Both the position numbers and the translations under genes were made by a program. Below the pieces are notes generated by a model that saw only the letters and a program-made list of their open reading frames with translations, was not told the DNA's origin and did no database searches. This document shows, piece after piece, positions 13,105 to 23,977 of a DNA stretch of 60,457 nt; positions within the stretch are counted from its first letter, which is position 1; the number at the start of each line of letters is the position of its first letter. The stretch spans positions 1-60,457 of the forward strand of contig NIVC01001507.1 of the NCBI GenBank assembly GCA_002269645.1, written 5' to 3'. Source of the DNA: Macrostomum lignano. Taxonomy: Eukaryota.

Positions 13105-15639
13105 GTCTTATATACAATGGCATATGTCATGACATTTATTTTCATTTTGGCATCCTAAGGGATTCTTGAGATTTCATAACTTCTTTCAATTGTCAACTTT
13201 GTAATCTATAAACATAGTCTAGACTTCTGTGGGTCAGCAAGGGTTAGAAGTATATAAGGTAAAGTAGTGCTATTGGTATTTTTCAATTTATTTTTTATAT
13301 CCTCATTGGCATCTTAAGTTTGGACAACAGATACTAGAATAATTATCTGGGCCACTTATCACATTTGTGTATAAACTACTTTCAGTTTAGTAGTAAGTTA
13401 AACAAAAACATTTGAATATATATTCTTAAAGCCTAAGCTAATTTATTAGCTCTTATCCCCTCTCCTAGTCTCAAACTTCTAACTGTACCTTTCCAATTTA
13501 ATTCTAATAAAATAGCTATTCATTCTTCTTTGCTACTAAACTGAAAATAGGAAGCTGTTTTACAAAGTATATATGGCTGAGTGACTTACCTAGTCAGTTT
13601 AGTATCTGTGGTTTGGACTAAAGGTGCAAAATGGCACTATGGTTATCTGTGCACTTTTTTGTTACTTTTTCTTTTATTTTTTTTTGTTTTTTTATTATAA
13701 CACAAATTATATATTTATAACATGGTTATATAATTTTTATTTACTAAATCATTCCATACATCTAACATTGTATAGATAATATAAATTATATAAATAGTTT
13801 AATCTATATAATTTACATGAAATTATTTACAAAGAATAATTGACACATAAATTATATATTATACTTTTTTAAATAGGCAATAATTATTATTATCTCAAAA
13901 ATGTTATGCAAAGGCATTAAATAGGCTTAAGCATATCAATCAATGGCTAATGATAAATGAAATGACAATGAATAAACACCCCCTATCCAGTGTTGGGCAC
14001 CATTCTGTTAATAAGTGTTAATGCATTAATAAGCATTAATAAGCATTAAGATATTTCATTAACATTAACAGACTACCATTAAGATTTTTTTGCACTAATG
14101 GATTAATGAATTTGCATTAATAGCTTGTAATTTTGTGAGTTAATGACAAATTCATCATTTATGTTAATGACAATGTCAATGACCAAAAGATGTAGAGAAA
14201 GAAATATAGGTCTGACAAGAAATTAGAACATTACAAAATGTATTTGAATTTATCTAAATGCCTAATTAATATTTTTTTTATAAAGATGACCATGCAAATG
14301 TAACAACTTCCTAAACTAATGAGCTTTAATAATGAATTAAAACTGTGAACTTTATTGCTTGCATATGAGCATTGATTGCTTTGATTCACTTCTTCCCCAA
14401 TGTTTTGTAAATTTCTACAGCACTTGCTAATGCTACTGAAACAAACCTTCCTATTTGTATTTTATTATTAACTAATTAGCTTTTAAGTTTCAAATAAACA
14501 AGTTACTTCATTTATTCTATGCTTACTTTTAGTAGTAGTAAACATGAAGTTTAAAAAATTATTATTTATTACTTTTTTAGCTTTTAAATCCCTTAGATGA
14601 CCTTGTATTTTGCTAAAAAAGTAGAAAAGCAAAGACAGTGTATTATGGAAGTCTGTTTTGGGAAAAATGCAAGATTTCTGTATTTTCTGTGTTAACTTTA
14701 ATGGAATAACACTTATTAACAATTATTAGTTAACTTCAAGTTAACTTAATAAAATAAAGAGTTAATAAATTAAGATTTTTTTGTTTAACACTAACACTTT
14801 TGTCATTAATAGAAGTTAAGATCTTTATTAGACAAGACAAGATCTTGATTTCAATCTTGGATTCTCAAAAAAAATAGTCAAGATTTGTGACTATGTGACT
14901 ATTGATGACTATAGTATTATTATATTTATATTTGATATAGGCCTATATCAAGTTATTAACAAGCTAAGTATTATATGAACTGTTTTTCTCATCATTGTGC
15001 ACATTTAATAAATAAAAATATTAGAATTGATAAGTAGAATAGTATAAATAGGCTTACTAGATGCCCAGACTAAAATAAGTGTAAAAAACCTGTAAACATG
15101 CCATCTATAATTGTTCTATTATTCTATAATATATATGCAATCTATGGGTCTATAATTGTAGCTCAAAAAAATTGACAAAACACAGCAACACATTAACTTT
15201 TATACCAAATATAGGTATAGTACTAATTAGATAATGAAGCATTTAGCCTTAATAAGACAGTTATAGTTACTCTTGCAGCACATGACCAAGATGGCTATAG
15301 CTCTAAATATTTAAATCAATAATTATAAGCATAAGTCTATATATTTCACTTATTTCTTATTGGTAGTAATTTGCATTAGGTGTCAATCTTCAAGTCTTAA
15401 GGAGATAAATGCTATAATAGAACTATATTACATTATAATCATTCTTTTTGGCTTCAGCTTTTATTATAGCCTGACCTATAGATTAATTTATCTACTAAAT
15501 AAAGCAAGTAGCCTAGTACAAACAACATTGTTGCATATTTATCCCATTTTTTACATAGCATTGCAACTAACAATAGTTTCTTTATAAACTAATAGTGATA
15601 GATTTGATAGATGCAATGATAGAAAATATATTGGCACAT

Positions 15640-18600
15640 TTTGTGCCAACGGCCCCGTACAGCCGGCTGCTGGCAGAGTTCCCCAGCATCATAGAGCCCA
15701 GCTTTAGCAAAGCCATGCCGCGGCATGGCGTGGAGCACTACATCCCGACAATGGGCCCGCCGGTGCACGCTAGAGCATGCCGCCTGCCGCCCAAGCTGGC
15801 CGCAGCCAAGGAAGAGTTTCGCAACCTGGAGCAGCTTGGCATTGTGCGGCAATCCAGCAGCCCTTGATCCTCGCCATTGCACATGGTGCCCAAGACTTCC
15901 GGCGGTTGGCGGCCCTGCAGCGATTTCCGGCAGCTCAATGACACCATGGTGCCCGACCGCTACCCCGTGCCACATATCCAGGATTTCTCAGCGCGCCTGA
16001 GCGGCTGCACAGTGTTCTCGAAGATCGACCTGGTGCGGGGCTACCACCAGATCCCGGTTGCGCAAATGGACATCCCAAAGACTGCCATCATTACACCATT
16101 TGGGTTGTTTGAGTTCCTCCGCATGCTGTTTGGGTTGAAAAATGTGGCATAGGCCTTCTAGCGGTTAGTAGATTCAATCTGCCAGGACCTGCCAGCCGTC
16201 TTCGCGTACATTGACGATTTCCTGGTCGCCAGCAGCAGCCCCGAGCAGCACGAGGAGCACCTGCGGAAGCTGTTCCAGCGCCTTGCCGACAACAGCCTGT
16301 TGCTCAACCCAGCCAAGTGCCAGTTTGGCTGCAGCGAGATTGATTTCCTCAGCCACAGGATCAGCGCTGCAGGTGCCATGCCACTGCCAGACAAGGTTGA
16401 CGCAGTTGCCAGGTTCGCGCCGCCCACGATGGTGAAGGGTCTCCAGGAGTTTGCCGGCATGGTGAACTTCTAACACCGCTTTGTGCCCCGTGCAGCCTGG
16501 TTGCTGCGCCTGATCTACCAGGCCATGGCCGGCAAGGAGAAGCTGGTGCGGTGGACGCCGGAGCTGACCGAGGCCTTCGACAAGACAAGCAGGCGCTGGC
16601 CGACGCGACCATGCTGGCGCTGGCCCTTACCATAGATGCCTCTGACACCGCCATGGGCGCCGTCCTCGAGCAGCATGTCGGCCATGCCTGGCAGCCGCTC
16701 GCATTCTTCAGCCGGCAGTTGCGACCTGCAGAGGTAAAGTACAGTGCCTGTGCATTTGACCGCGAGCTCCTGGCACTGTACCTAGTGGTCCACCACTTCC
16801 GTTACCTCCTTGAGGGGCGCCACTTCACAGCCTACATGGACCACAAGCCGTTGGCCGCCGCCATGGCCAAGCTGTCCGACCTGTGGTCTGCTCAGCAGCA
16901 GCGGCACCTGGCATACATGAGCGAATTCACCACAGACGTCCAGCACATCGCTGGCAAAAACAATCTGGTGGCCAATGCGCTGTCCTGCTGCACTGTGGCC
17001 AGCGTGCTACCTGGCATCGATTTTGCCGTGATGTCGCAGGCCCAGCATGCCCCGACCAAGTTGTCGCCGCCCGGCTCTGGCCTCCGACTAGAGTGGGTGA
17101 CCCTCCCGACCAAGTTGTCGCCGCCCGGCTCTGGCCTCCGACTAGAGCGGGTGACCCTCCGCCCCGGCCTGAAGCTGCTCTGCGACGTCTCCACTGGCCA
17201 CCCCTGCCTGCTGGTGCCACCCGAATTCCGATGGCTGGTGTTTGACGCCATCCACGCCCTCGCGCACCCATCAATCTGCAGCTCCCGCCACCTCATTGCA
17301 GACTGTTTTGTCTGGCCCGGCCTCAACCGCAACGTCGGCCATTGGGCTCGCAGCTGCCTCGCCTGCCAGACGACTAAGGTCCAGCAGCATGTTGTCAGCC
17401 CGCCAGACAGTATCCCGGTGCCCTGCGACCGCTTCGTGCATGTGCACATCGACCTGGTGGGCCCACTTCCGTACTCTCAAGGGTGCTCGCACCTGCTGAC
17501 CATTGTCAACCTGTGCAGCCACATTCATCGCGCACTAGATTGCCCATTTCGGTGTGCCAAGCGACCTCACGTCAGACCGCGGCCTGCAGTTCACCTCAGA
17601 GCTGTGGTCCAACGTGTCCCGCTTGCTTGGCACGCAGCTGCACCAGACGACGGCCTTCCACCCATAGGCCAACGGGCTTGTGGAGCGGTTCCACTGGCAG
17701 CTCAAGGCTTCCCTGATGGCACGGCTGACGAGGCCGTCCTGGACTGCCGAGCTGCCCTGGGTGTTGCTCAGACTCTGCACCACTCCCAAGGAAGATCTCG
17801 GCACATCATTGGTGGAGTTGGTGTACGGAGTCCCACTGGCAGTGCCGGGCAAGTGTCTGCAGGCCAGCTCACCTACGGGCCATGACGGGTTCCTCACGCG
17901 CCTGCGCCAGGCCATGCAGGCTTTCTGCCCGCCACCGACCTCCTAGCATGGCTGCCGCCCCACCAACCTGCCTGCTGTCTTGGACACCTGCACGCACGTC
18001 TTCGTCCGCCGCGATGGGCACCGACTGGCACTGCAACCGCCTTATCTAGGTCCCTTCAAGGTGCTGGAGCGCGGCGCTAAGGCTTTCCTCCTCAACCTTG
18101 TCACTAGGCGGGACTTCGTGTTGGTGGACCGGCTCAAGGCTCAAGCCAGCGGCGCTTGACCCTGCTAGCCCAGTTTCGACGCCTCAAATTTGGCCAAGGG
18201 GGCACCCACCACGCGAGCCGACTGTCCCGGGCGCCGCAACAGCCGAACCGCTGCGCCGCCACCCGCCGCGGCGCCGCCAGCCATACCGCCGTTACTGTCA
18301 GGTACCGGAGGCCACTGCTGGGGGGAAGCCGTGTGGCGGACAAGTGCAAGCACACCTGAAGATGGCCGTTTAGATGCCCTTGCACTCCCTGCTCATCACG
18401 CTGCATCTATGTGCCACCAACCCCGGAGATTAGGGGTGGGGGTTCGCCCACCTAGCCTGAGTTACGTGGGGGTTGGGGTTGACTGACTAACTAGCGCATT
18501 GGCCTATTTAGGCCTAACCTGATTGTGCACAGACGCTTATAAGAACCTTTTGCTCTCCGCAAATACAATTTCAAGTCTGCACACAGTAGCTACTGCCCAC
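15640..18600 (+). mobile_element. Decayed, 5'-truncated Ty3/Gypsy LTR retrotransposon (CsRn1-like): RT-RNaseH-integrase, PPT, 3' LTR
   Basis: RT: LHMVPK...WRPC..FRQLN...[23 protein letters not shown]. RNase H: DAS, FDRELLA, DHKP. Integrase: HHCC zinc finger, VHIDLVGP, SDRGLQFTS, C-terminal PPYLGPFKVL...DRLK. Stops at 15865, 16150, 16159 and 16471, plus frameshifts. PPT GGGGGGAAGCCG is followed by TGTGGCGG at 18332. No gag, protease or 5' LTR; LTR right end is approximate. Confidence 0.92.
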
Positions 18601-18604
18601 TTCA

Positions 18605-19126
18605 AGCATATAGTTAAGCTATTATTTTTAGCTCTTTATTATTACTTAGTAATACTTAAATAATCAAATAACAATTACCTAAACTAAATTTTTTGCAGTT
18701 TTATTTTTACAGCTATACATAGGTTGATTTTCAAAATGTTATTTTCAAAGAATGGTTGTGTTTTGCCGGCTAATTTTTCTGGATCGTTTTAGCTAAATTC
18801 TAGATTAATTTCTTTCTGAATACAATTTTATCAGTTAAATCTGCTTGGAAATCAAAATTGTATGACTATGATCTAATATTATATTCTACACTATTTGCTT
18901 TTTCGCATGTATATGTAAATATAAAACTCGGCAGTAAAAAACAAGCTAGGGCCTTAGCCTATTTTTATATGGGTAGCTTTCTTTGAAAATTACATTTTGA
19001 AAATCAACAGCTATAAGTACAACAGTAATAACTGCAACAATTGTAGTTTAAGTAATTGTTATTTAAGTATTTAAGTACAAGTACAAAGAGCTAAAAATAG
19101 TAGCTCAACTAATCCGTATATATGCT
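18605..19126. mobile_element. AT-rich foldback / long-TIR MITE
   Basis: 18605-18750 aligns with the reverse complement of 18981-19126 (AGCATATA...TATTTTTAGCTCTTT...AAATAACAATTAC...TTGCAGTT...GTTGATTTTCAAAATGT.ATTTTCAAAG). No clear TSD. Confidence 0.75.
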
Positions 19127-21414
19127 AATATAGATTGACTGTCACCGGATTGTCTGTCGCCAGATTGTCTTGTCGCCAGATTGTCTGGACTCTGGAAGCT
19201 GATCTTGAGTCTTTAAAATCTAAAAAAATATAATAATCATCTGAATCTTGGGCCTAACTAATAAGGTACTTTTTAATTTTAGAATATTTATTTAACCAAT
19301 AATATATATTAGGCCTATTAATACAAAGAAAGAATAAAACTAAAGTCAATAGGGCCTCCTATAGGCATGCAACCTTAGCACCCCCTAAAAATCCATTTTT
19401 CCTTTGATAGGTATTGAGTGCAATGCAAGCATCAGCCCCCTACTAACCAGGGTCTAGCCTCCAGCCTTTAGCTCCAAGGTGAAATTTATCCAAAAAGAAA
19501 TAACATGTTCTGTGTGGAAAATAACAAAATTATATTATGCATATGTGTACAAAACTTTGTGGGGTCTGAGGGAGCTTTAGTAAATTAATATTGGCGCTAT
19601 CATTGCTATATTTAAAATAAATCTGACATGCAACAATATGCACACTTTTCTGGCAAAAAAATCTACTGCTATTCTATACACCTTTCTTGGTCAATTTTTT
19701 TTGTTTCGCACACTTGGTGTATGAAGTACACCCTGGTCCAGCCTGTCCAAGCTCTTCCGCAAGGCTATAGCCTAGAAAAGAAAATTCAACAAAAAATAGA
19801 CCTGGCTAGGGCTCTGGCCTATAGCCGCCAAGGTAGGCCCAAACTTCTTCCTAAGAGTTAGAACTAGCAATTTGTAAATAAAATATGCATTTTGTATAAA
19901 TGTAACACATTGATCAACTTCGTCTTAAGTAAATAATACATAATACATAATTGAGGCAATCTAACTTGCTTGGGATTTGATATGATGGTAATAATAATGA
20001 CTGATAGCAAAAATATAATACAAAGGCAATAAAGGTCTAAATTTAAATTTTTTTATTTCCGAGCCTTAAGATAATAGTTACTCTGAGAAGCTAAATAAAA
20101 GAGAAAAAACTCGTGCACACCACGTAAAGTGACAAGATGGATGGATTGCATTAATTATAGATAGGCCGAAAGCAAAAAAACAGCTTTGTTTTAATACATA
20201 CTGCGGTAATACTTGAAGCACAAATTTAATGTTGATGATCCCAGTCATGCATTTCTCGGGTGTCATACTCTGGAGAAGTCAGAATTGAAACTTACGCTCA
20301 TTTACTCGAATCTTCATTTTAATAGAAGAGTTACTACATATATACTCGTACATTTGAAACAATTTCATCCCGATTTTTCAGAAATTTCCAGCTACAGGAT
20401 AAAAAATCACCAAAGGCCCGTGGAAATATAAGTCAACTGCAAATATAGTTCGTGCGTCAACTGGGGGACTGGGATTTGGGGAGGGGGAAGCTAAAGTCCA
20501 TATACTAAAAATGGTCTGTCGGTATCTAGCTATCTATCTAGCTAGCTAGGTATCTATAGGACTCAAACGAAATTTTTGAAACCCCATGTGAGTGTTATGG
20601 TTCGGATTTTGGGACCAAATACATGTAAGTTAGGATGAATGAAGCCAATGGTTTGTTGCAGAAACGTCTAACTTCTTGCTATTTCCTGTCCAGATGGTGA
20701 ATCCGTCAGTTGTCCTCAGTTCGTTTGTCTCAGAAATCCATCACACGAACCCCGCCCCCCAAAACTTTTCTGAATTTGAAGCAGGTCAATATTGGAAGAA
20801 TAAAACTCACAATCAGCTTGTGCGACGCGTTTCTGTCTACCCCAACTATTTTCAAGCAGTCTAACGGTGGAATAAATTTCTCGGTTGCACCATCAATTGA
20901 AGATAAGCATACAGTGAAAACACTAGAGTACAGGTTTTAAACCTGCAGGGACCCTCGGTTCGGTACAAATTGTACACACCTAAATTTAGACTTAGAGTTA
21001 ATTTTCTGTAACTGCCTACAGCAGTTATCTTTTCTGCCGCGCAACCAGATCCGAAAAAAAGTTTCAGACACGCATGTTTTGCAGCTCGACCTCCGTGCGG
21101 AGTGACTCAGGAGCTGTGTAAAATAATGAACCGCTGCTGAGGTTTCCTTTTGGAATAGATTAGTGTGCTGTAATGCATGTGCTGTAAATGGACGTTCAAA
21201 ATTTTGTCAATATAATTTTTAACGAATTTTTTATCGCATTTTCTTACAGAATCAACTAAACTAACTCAAGAATCAACTTTGCACAGACACATAATTTCAT
21301 GATTTAGATTTCGGAAGTTCAATGGGGTTAGGATGTTGCCAATTGCTGATAATGTCGATACCATTATGCATTGCCAGTGAAATTTGCCTGCTTTTCGAGT
21401 GTAGCATTCCAGTG

Positions 21415-22949
21415 TCACTTCCAAGCGAATCGCTCCTTCAGCGCTTTGAAAGGCGTCGAGTTTTTCTTCACCGGCGCCGAGGTCCCGCCCGCGGCAACTG
21501 CCGCGCTGACGGGCGTCTCCGAGCTGCGCAGTATCGCCAGCTCAATGGACTTTTTCTGCTGCCGCTTGCCGGAAGAGTGCATCGAGCCCGAGGCGGAAGC
21601 GCCGGAGCAGCCCAGCCCGCCGGGTCCGCAGGGGCTGCTGCCTCGGGATCGGCTGCCGGCGCTGCGGCTTCCGCTACCGGCGCCGCCGCTTGCGCCGCCA
21701 TCTCCGGGGCCCAGCAGGAGCAGCTGGCGCTCACGCTGGTGCGCCTGACAGTTGGCGGCGTGCTGGCCAAGCAGACGGCGCATCAGGCGGCTCGGCTCCT
21801 GCGGCTCTTCGGCCACCGACAGCTCGGCGAACTGGCCGTCTTCTTCTCTGGCCGCGGCCAGCGCTTCGAGGGCCGTCACGCGACTGCGTTGTGCTAAAAT
21901 TGGTTTCTTGATTGGGCCATTGAGTTCGTCATCAACTCTGTGCTACCATTTTATGGTGTCTTTGGAATTTACCCATAATTTACGGTTTCTCTATGAGCTC
22001 CTATCCTGACTGTGTCTGTCAAACTCATTTATTGTGTCATATTTGTGTTCGTCATCATTGTGCGTTTTTGTGACAAAAACATGGCATTGTCTGCCAATTG
22101 TGTCTATCGAGCGAGCTGTAAACTGCGAACCGTTTGTCATCCAGATCAGCCTTGTTGCCAACCAACGCCAGAGTGACCTCCCTGGCCTGGTCGTGACGGC
22201 TGAGCTGCTCCAGAATGCCCAGTGCCCGTTGGTAGGTGCTCCGATCGTCTATGGCGTACATCACCATGGCGATGTGGCTCCACTGACAAATGCTGGCCAG
22301 ATTGAGGTGTTTCTGAAATAGTTTTTACAACTTTGGTGCATTAAATATTTTGTTTTTTCTCTCGTAAGTTGGTTTGTGAGCGTGTGCATGAGAGCAAAAT
22401 ACTTTCAGCGCTGGTTGCAGGCCGATGTTGCAAGCGCCCCCAAGTTTCCTCCTAATCTTTTTTATTCGGGTTGAACTTTGTTGGTTCAGAGAGTGCCTGC
22501 ATAAACCAATGCAGGCAATGCGAAATGTGGGGCTCGTAAAAGCACCTCAGTTCGAAGAACTCAAAACAGTTCTGATTTTATTTTACCTTGTCTACCGTGT
22601 CCTTGAGATTCATTTCGAAGTAGTAGCCGCCAACGCTTTCCTGTCTGGTGTAGACACCCTCTGAAATGTTAGCAAGTGTTTAAATGCGGATGTAAGTGCC
22701 TAAAAGTTTGCAGATTGAGCCATTTGACAACCTGAGCGCACCCAGCTTGTCGCTGTACTCGCCGATAAACCGTTGCGTCATCAGGCGCACGGCGAAGGCG
22801 GACTTGCCGACCCCGCTGGCGCCCAGCAGGCTGACGCAGACGCGTACGGGCGACTCCGGGTCGCGTGACAGCCGCATGCTTCTCAGCCCGGAGCGGTGGC
22901 TGCTGCCGCCGCCGAGGTGAATCAGGCCGCTGAAATCCGGGAAGGACAT
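21415..22949 (-). CDS. Atypical Ras-superfamily small GTPase (RERG/RERGL/RASL11-12-like), 310 aa
   Basis: Exons 22742-22949, 22587-22660, 22131-22312, 21415-21883; GT-AG and phase-consistent (933 nt). G1 GASGVGKS, RFIGEY, G3 DTVD, G4 VGNKADL, G5 FAELSV. Gly/Ser-rich basic tail with no CAAX. Confidence 0.88.
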
Positions 22950-23725
22950 GCTCGCAGGAATCTCTGAGTAAGAGTTGCTCGACTGGCTACTCAGCCGAAG
23001 CTCTTTTTATGGGCGCGAGCGGCTGGTTCTGGGTGACAAGCCCGTCTGTCTTTGTTGGGACTGCTGCTTATCGCAGGTTGTTGATCGAAATAATTCATAT
23101 CCTGCTGCCGCTAGCGGCACTCGCTTGCCGGGCAGTTTTATGAAGTTCCAGTCACGCTTTACCTTATATTGGTGATGAAGTCAAGAAATTCGATAACAGC
23201 TCGGAGCCCGCTACTCTTATCGACACGATTCGGCTATGGCGCAGAAAATTTTCTCTATCCCTGTGAGCTGCTACCGTATGGAATGAGACTGCGTTTGGAG
23301 TTTTGAGTCGAGTGTTAGATGTTGTTTTTAGAGGAATTCGAGGCCCTCTCTGAACACCAAAAGGGCGGGTGTTGTTGCAGGCGGTAATGCAGCTTATCCG
23401 GCTTTATAACACGGAGACCTGCTGCTCCCACGCACTTGCAAGTTGATCTTCAATATCGATGGACAATAGAACCGCCAACGTCCGAGTCCGTCCAAGCGAA
23501 AATCGGTGACTTTCATGAGATGTAACGATTTCAGTGCTCAGTCCGTGACTGCAAGTCCGTAACAGTCCGCAAAGGTCGTTGCAGTGCGTTGTGTAAGTGA
23601 GCTGCGCTCTATTTCACCCTCAGAACCGCAATTTGATCACTCGAAAGCTACAGCCCATTCTGCACATTTTGAGGTCTGTAAATTAATTCAGAAATTAAGT
23701 CATTTTTTATTTTTCAGTGATTTCC

Positions 23726-23977
23726 ATGCAGTATCGCCCCGCCGGCCTGGTCCGTCCAAGCGACCTGTTGCGCCGTCGGTGACTCCAGCTGGCAGGCCAC
23801 ATCATCCGCGCCGAGCCCGTGCAGGAGGTGCTGCTGCTAACGCTGCAGGCACCCTACCGGCGAGGGCAGACGCGCACTCGGCGTTTCGTCGACTGCCTGC
23901 TGGCTGACGCCGGCGCCCCGGATTCGGCCGGCGGCGTGGCGTTCATCCGCGACCTGGCCTTGAAACGCGCCCTGTGA
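23726..23977 (+). mobile_element. 3' fragment of an RTE-like non-LTR retrotransposon ORF2 (degenerate)
   Basis: One frame reads MQYRPAGLVRPSDLLRRR*LQLAGHIIRAEPVQEVLLLTLQAPYRRGQTRTRRFVDCLLADAG...*, resembling the RTE C-terminal RRL..AGH..R...RRG..R....D.L..D motif (recognised from memory). A TGTTG-rich tail follows. Confidence 0.6.

Noticed and set aside
13988-15072. Possible hAT element starting CAGTGTTGGGCA
   Set aside because: Only a weak right-end match (TGCCCAGACT) and no TSD.
21415-22949. RGK (Rem/Gem/Rad) identity for the atypical GTPase
   Set aside because: It lacks the DxWE G3 motif and the conserved C-terminal KSCxxL motif of RGK proteins.
23780-23782. In-frame TGA as selenocysteine or readthrough
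   Set aside because: The context fits Arg (RRRR-L) in an RTE-LINE C-terminus, so CGA->TGA decay is simpler; no selenoprotein motif or recognisable SECIS.
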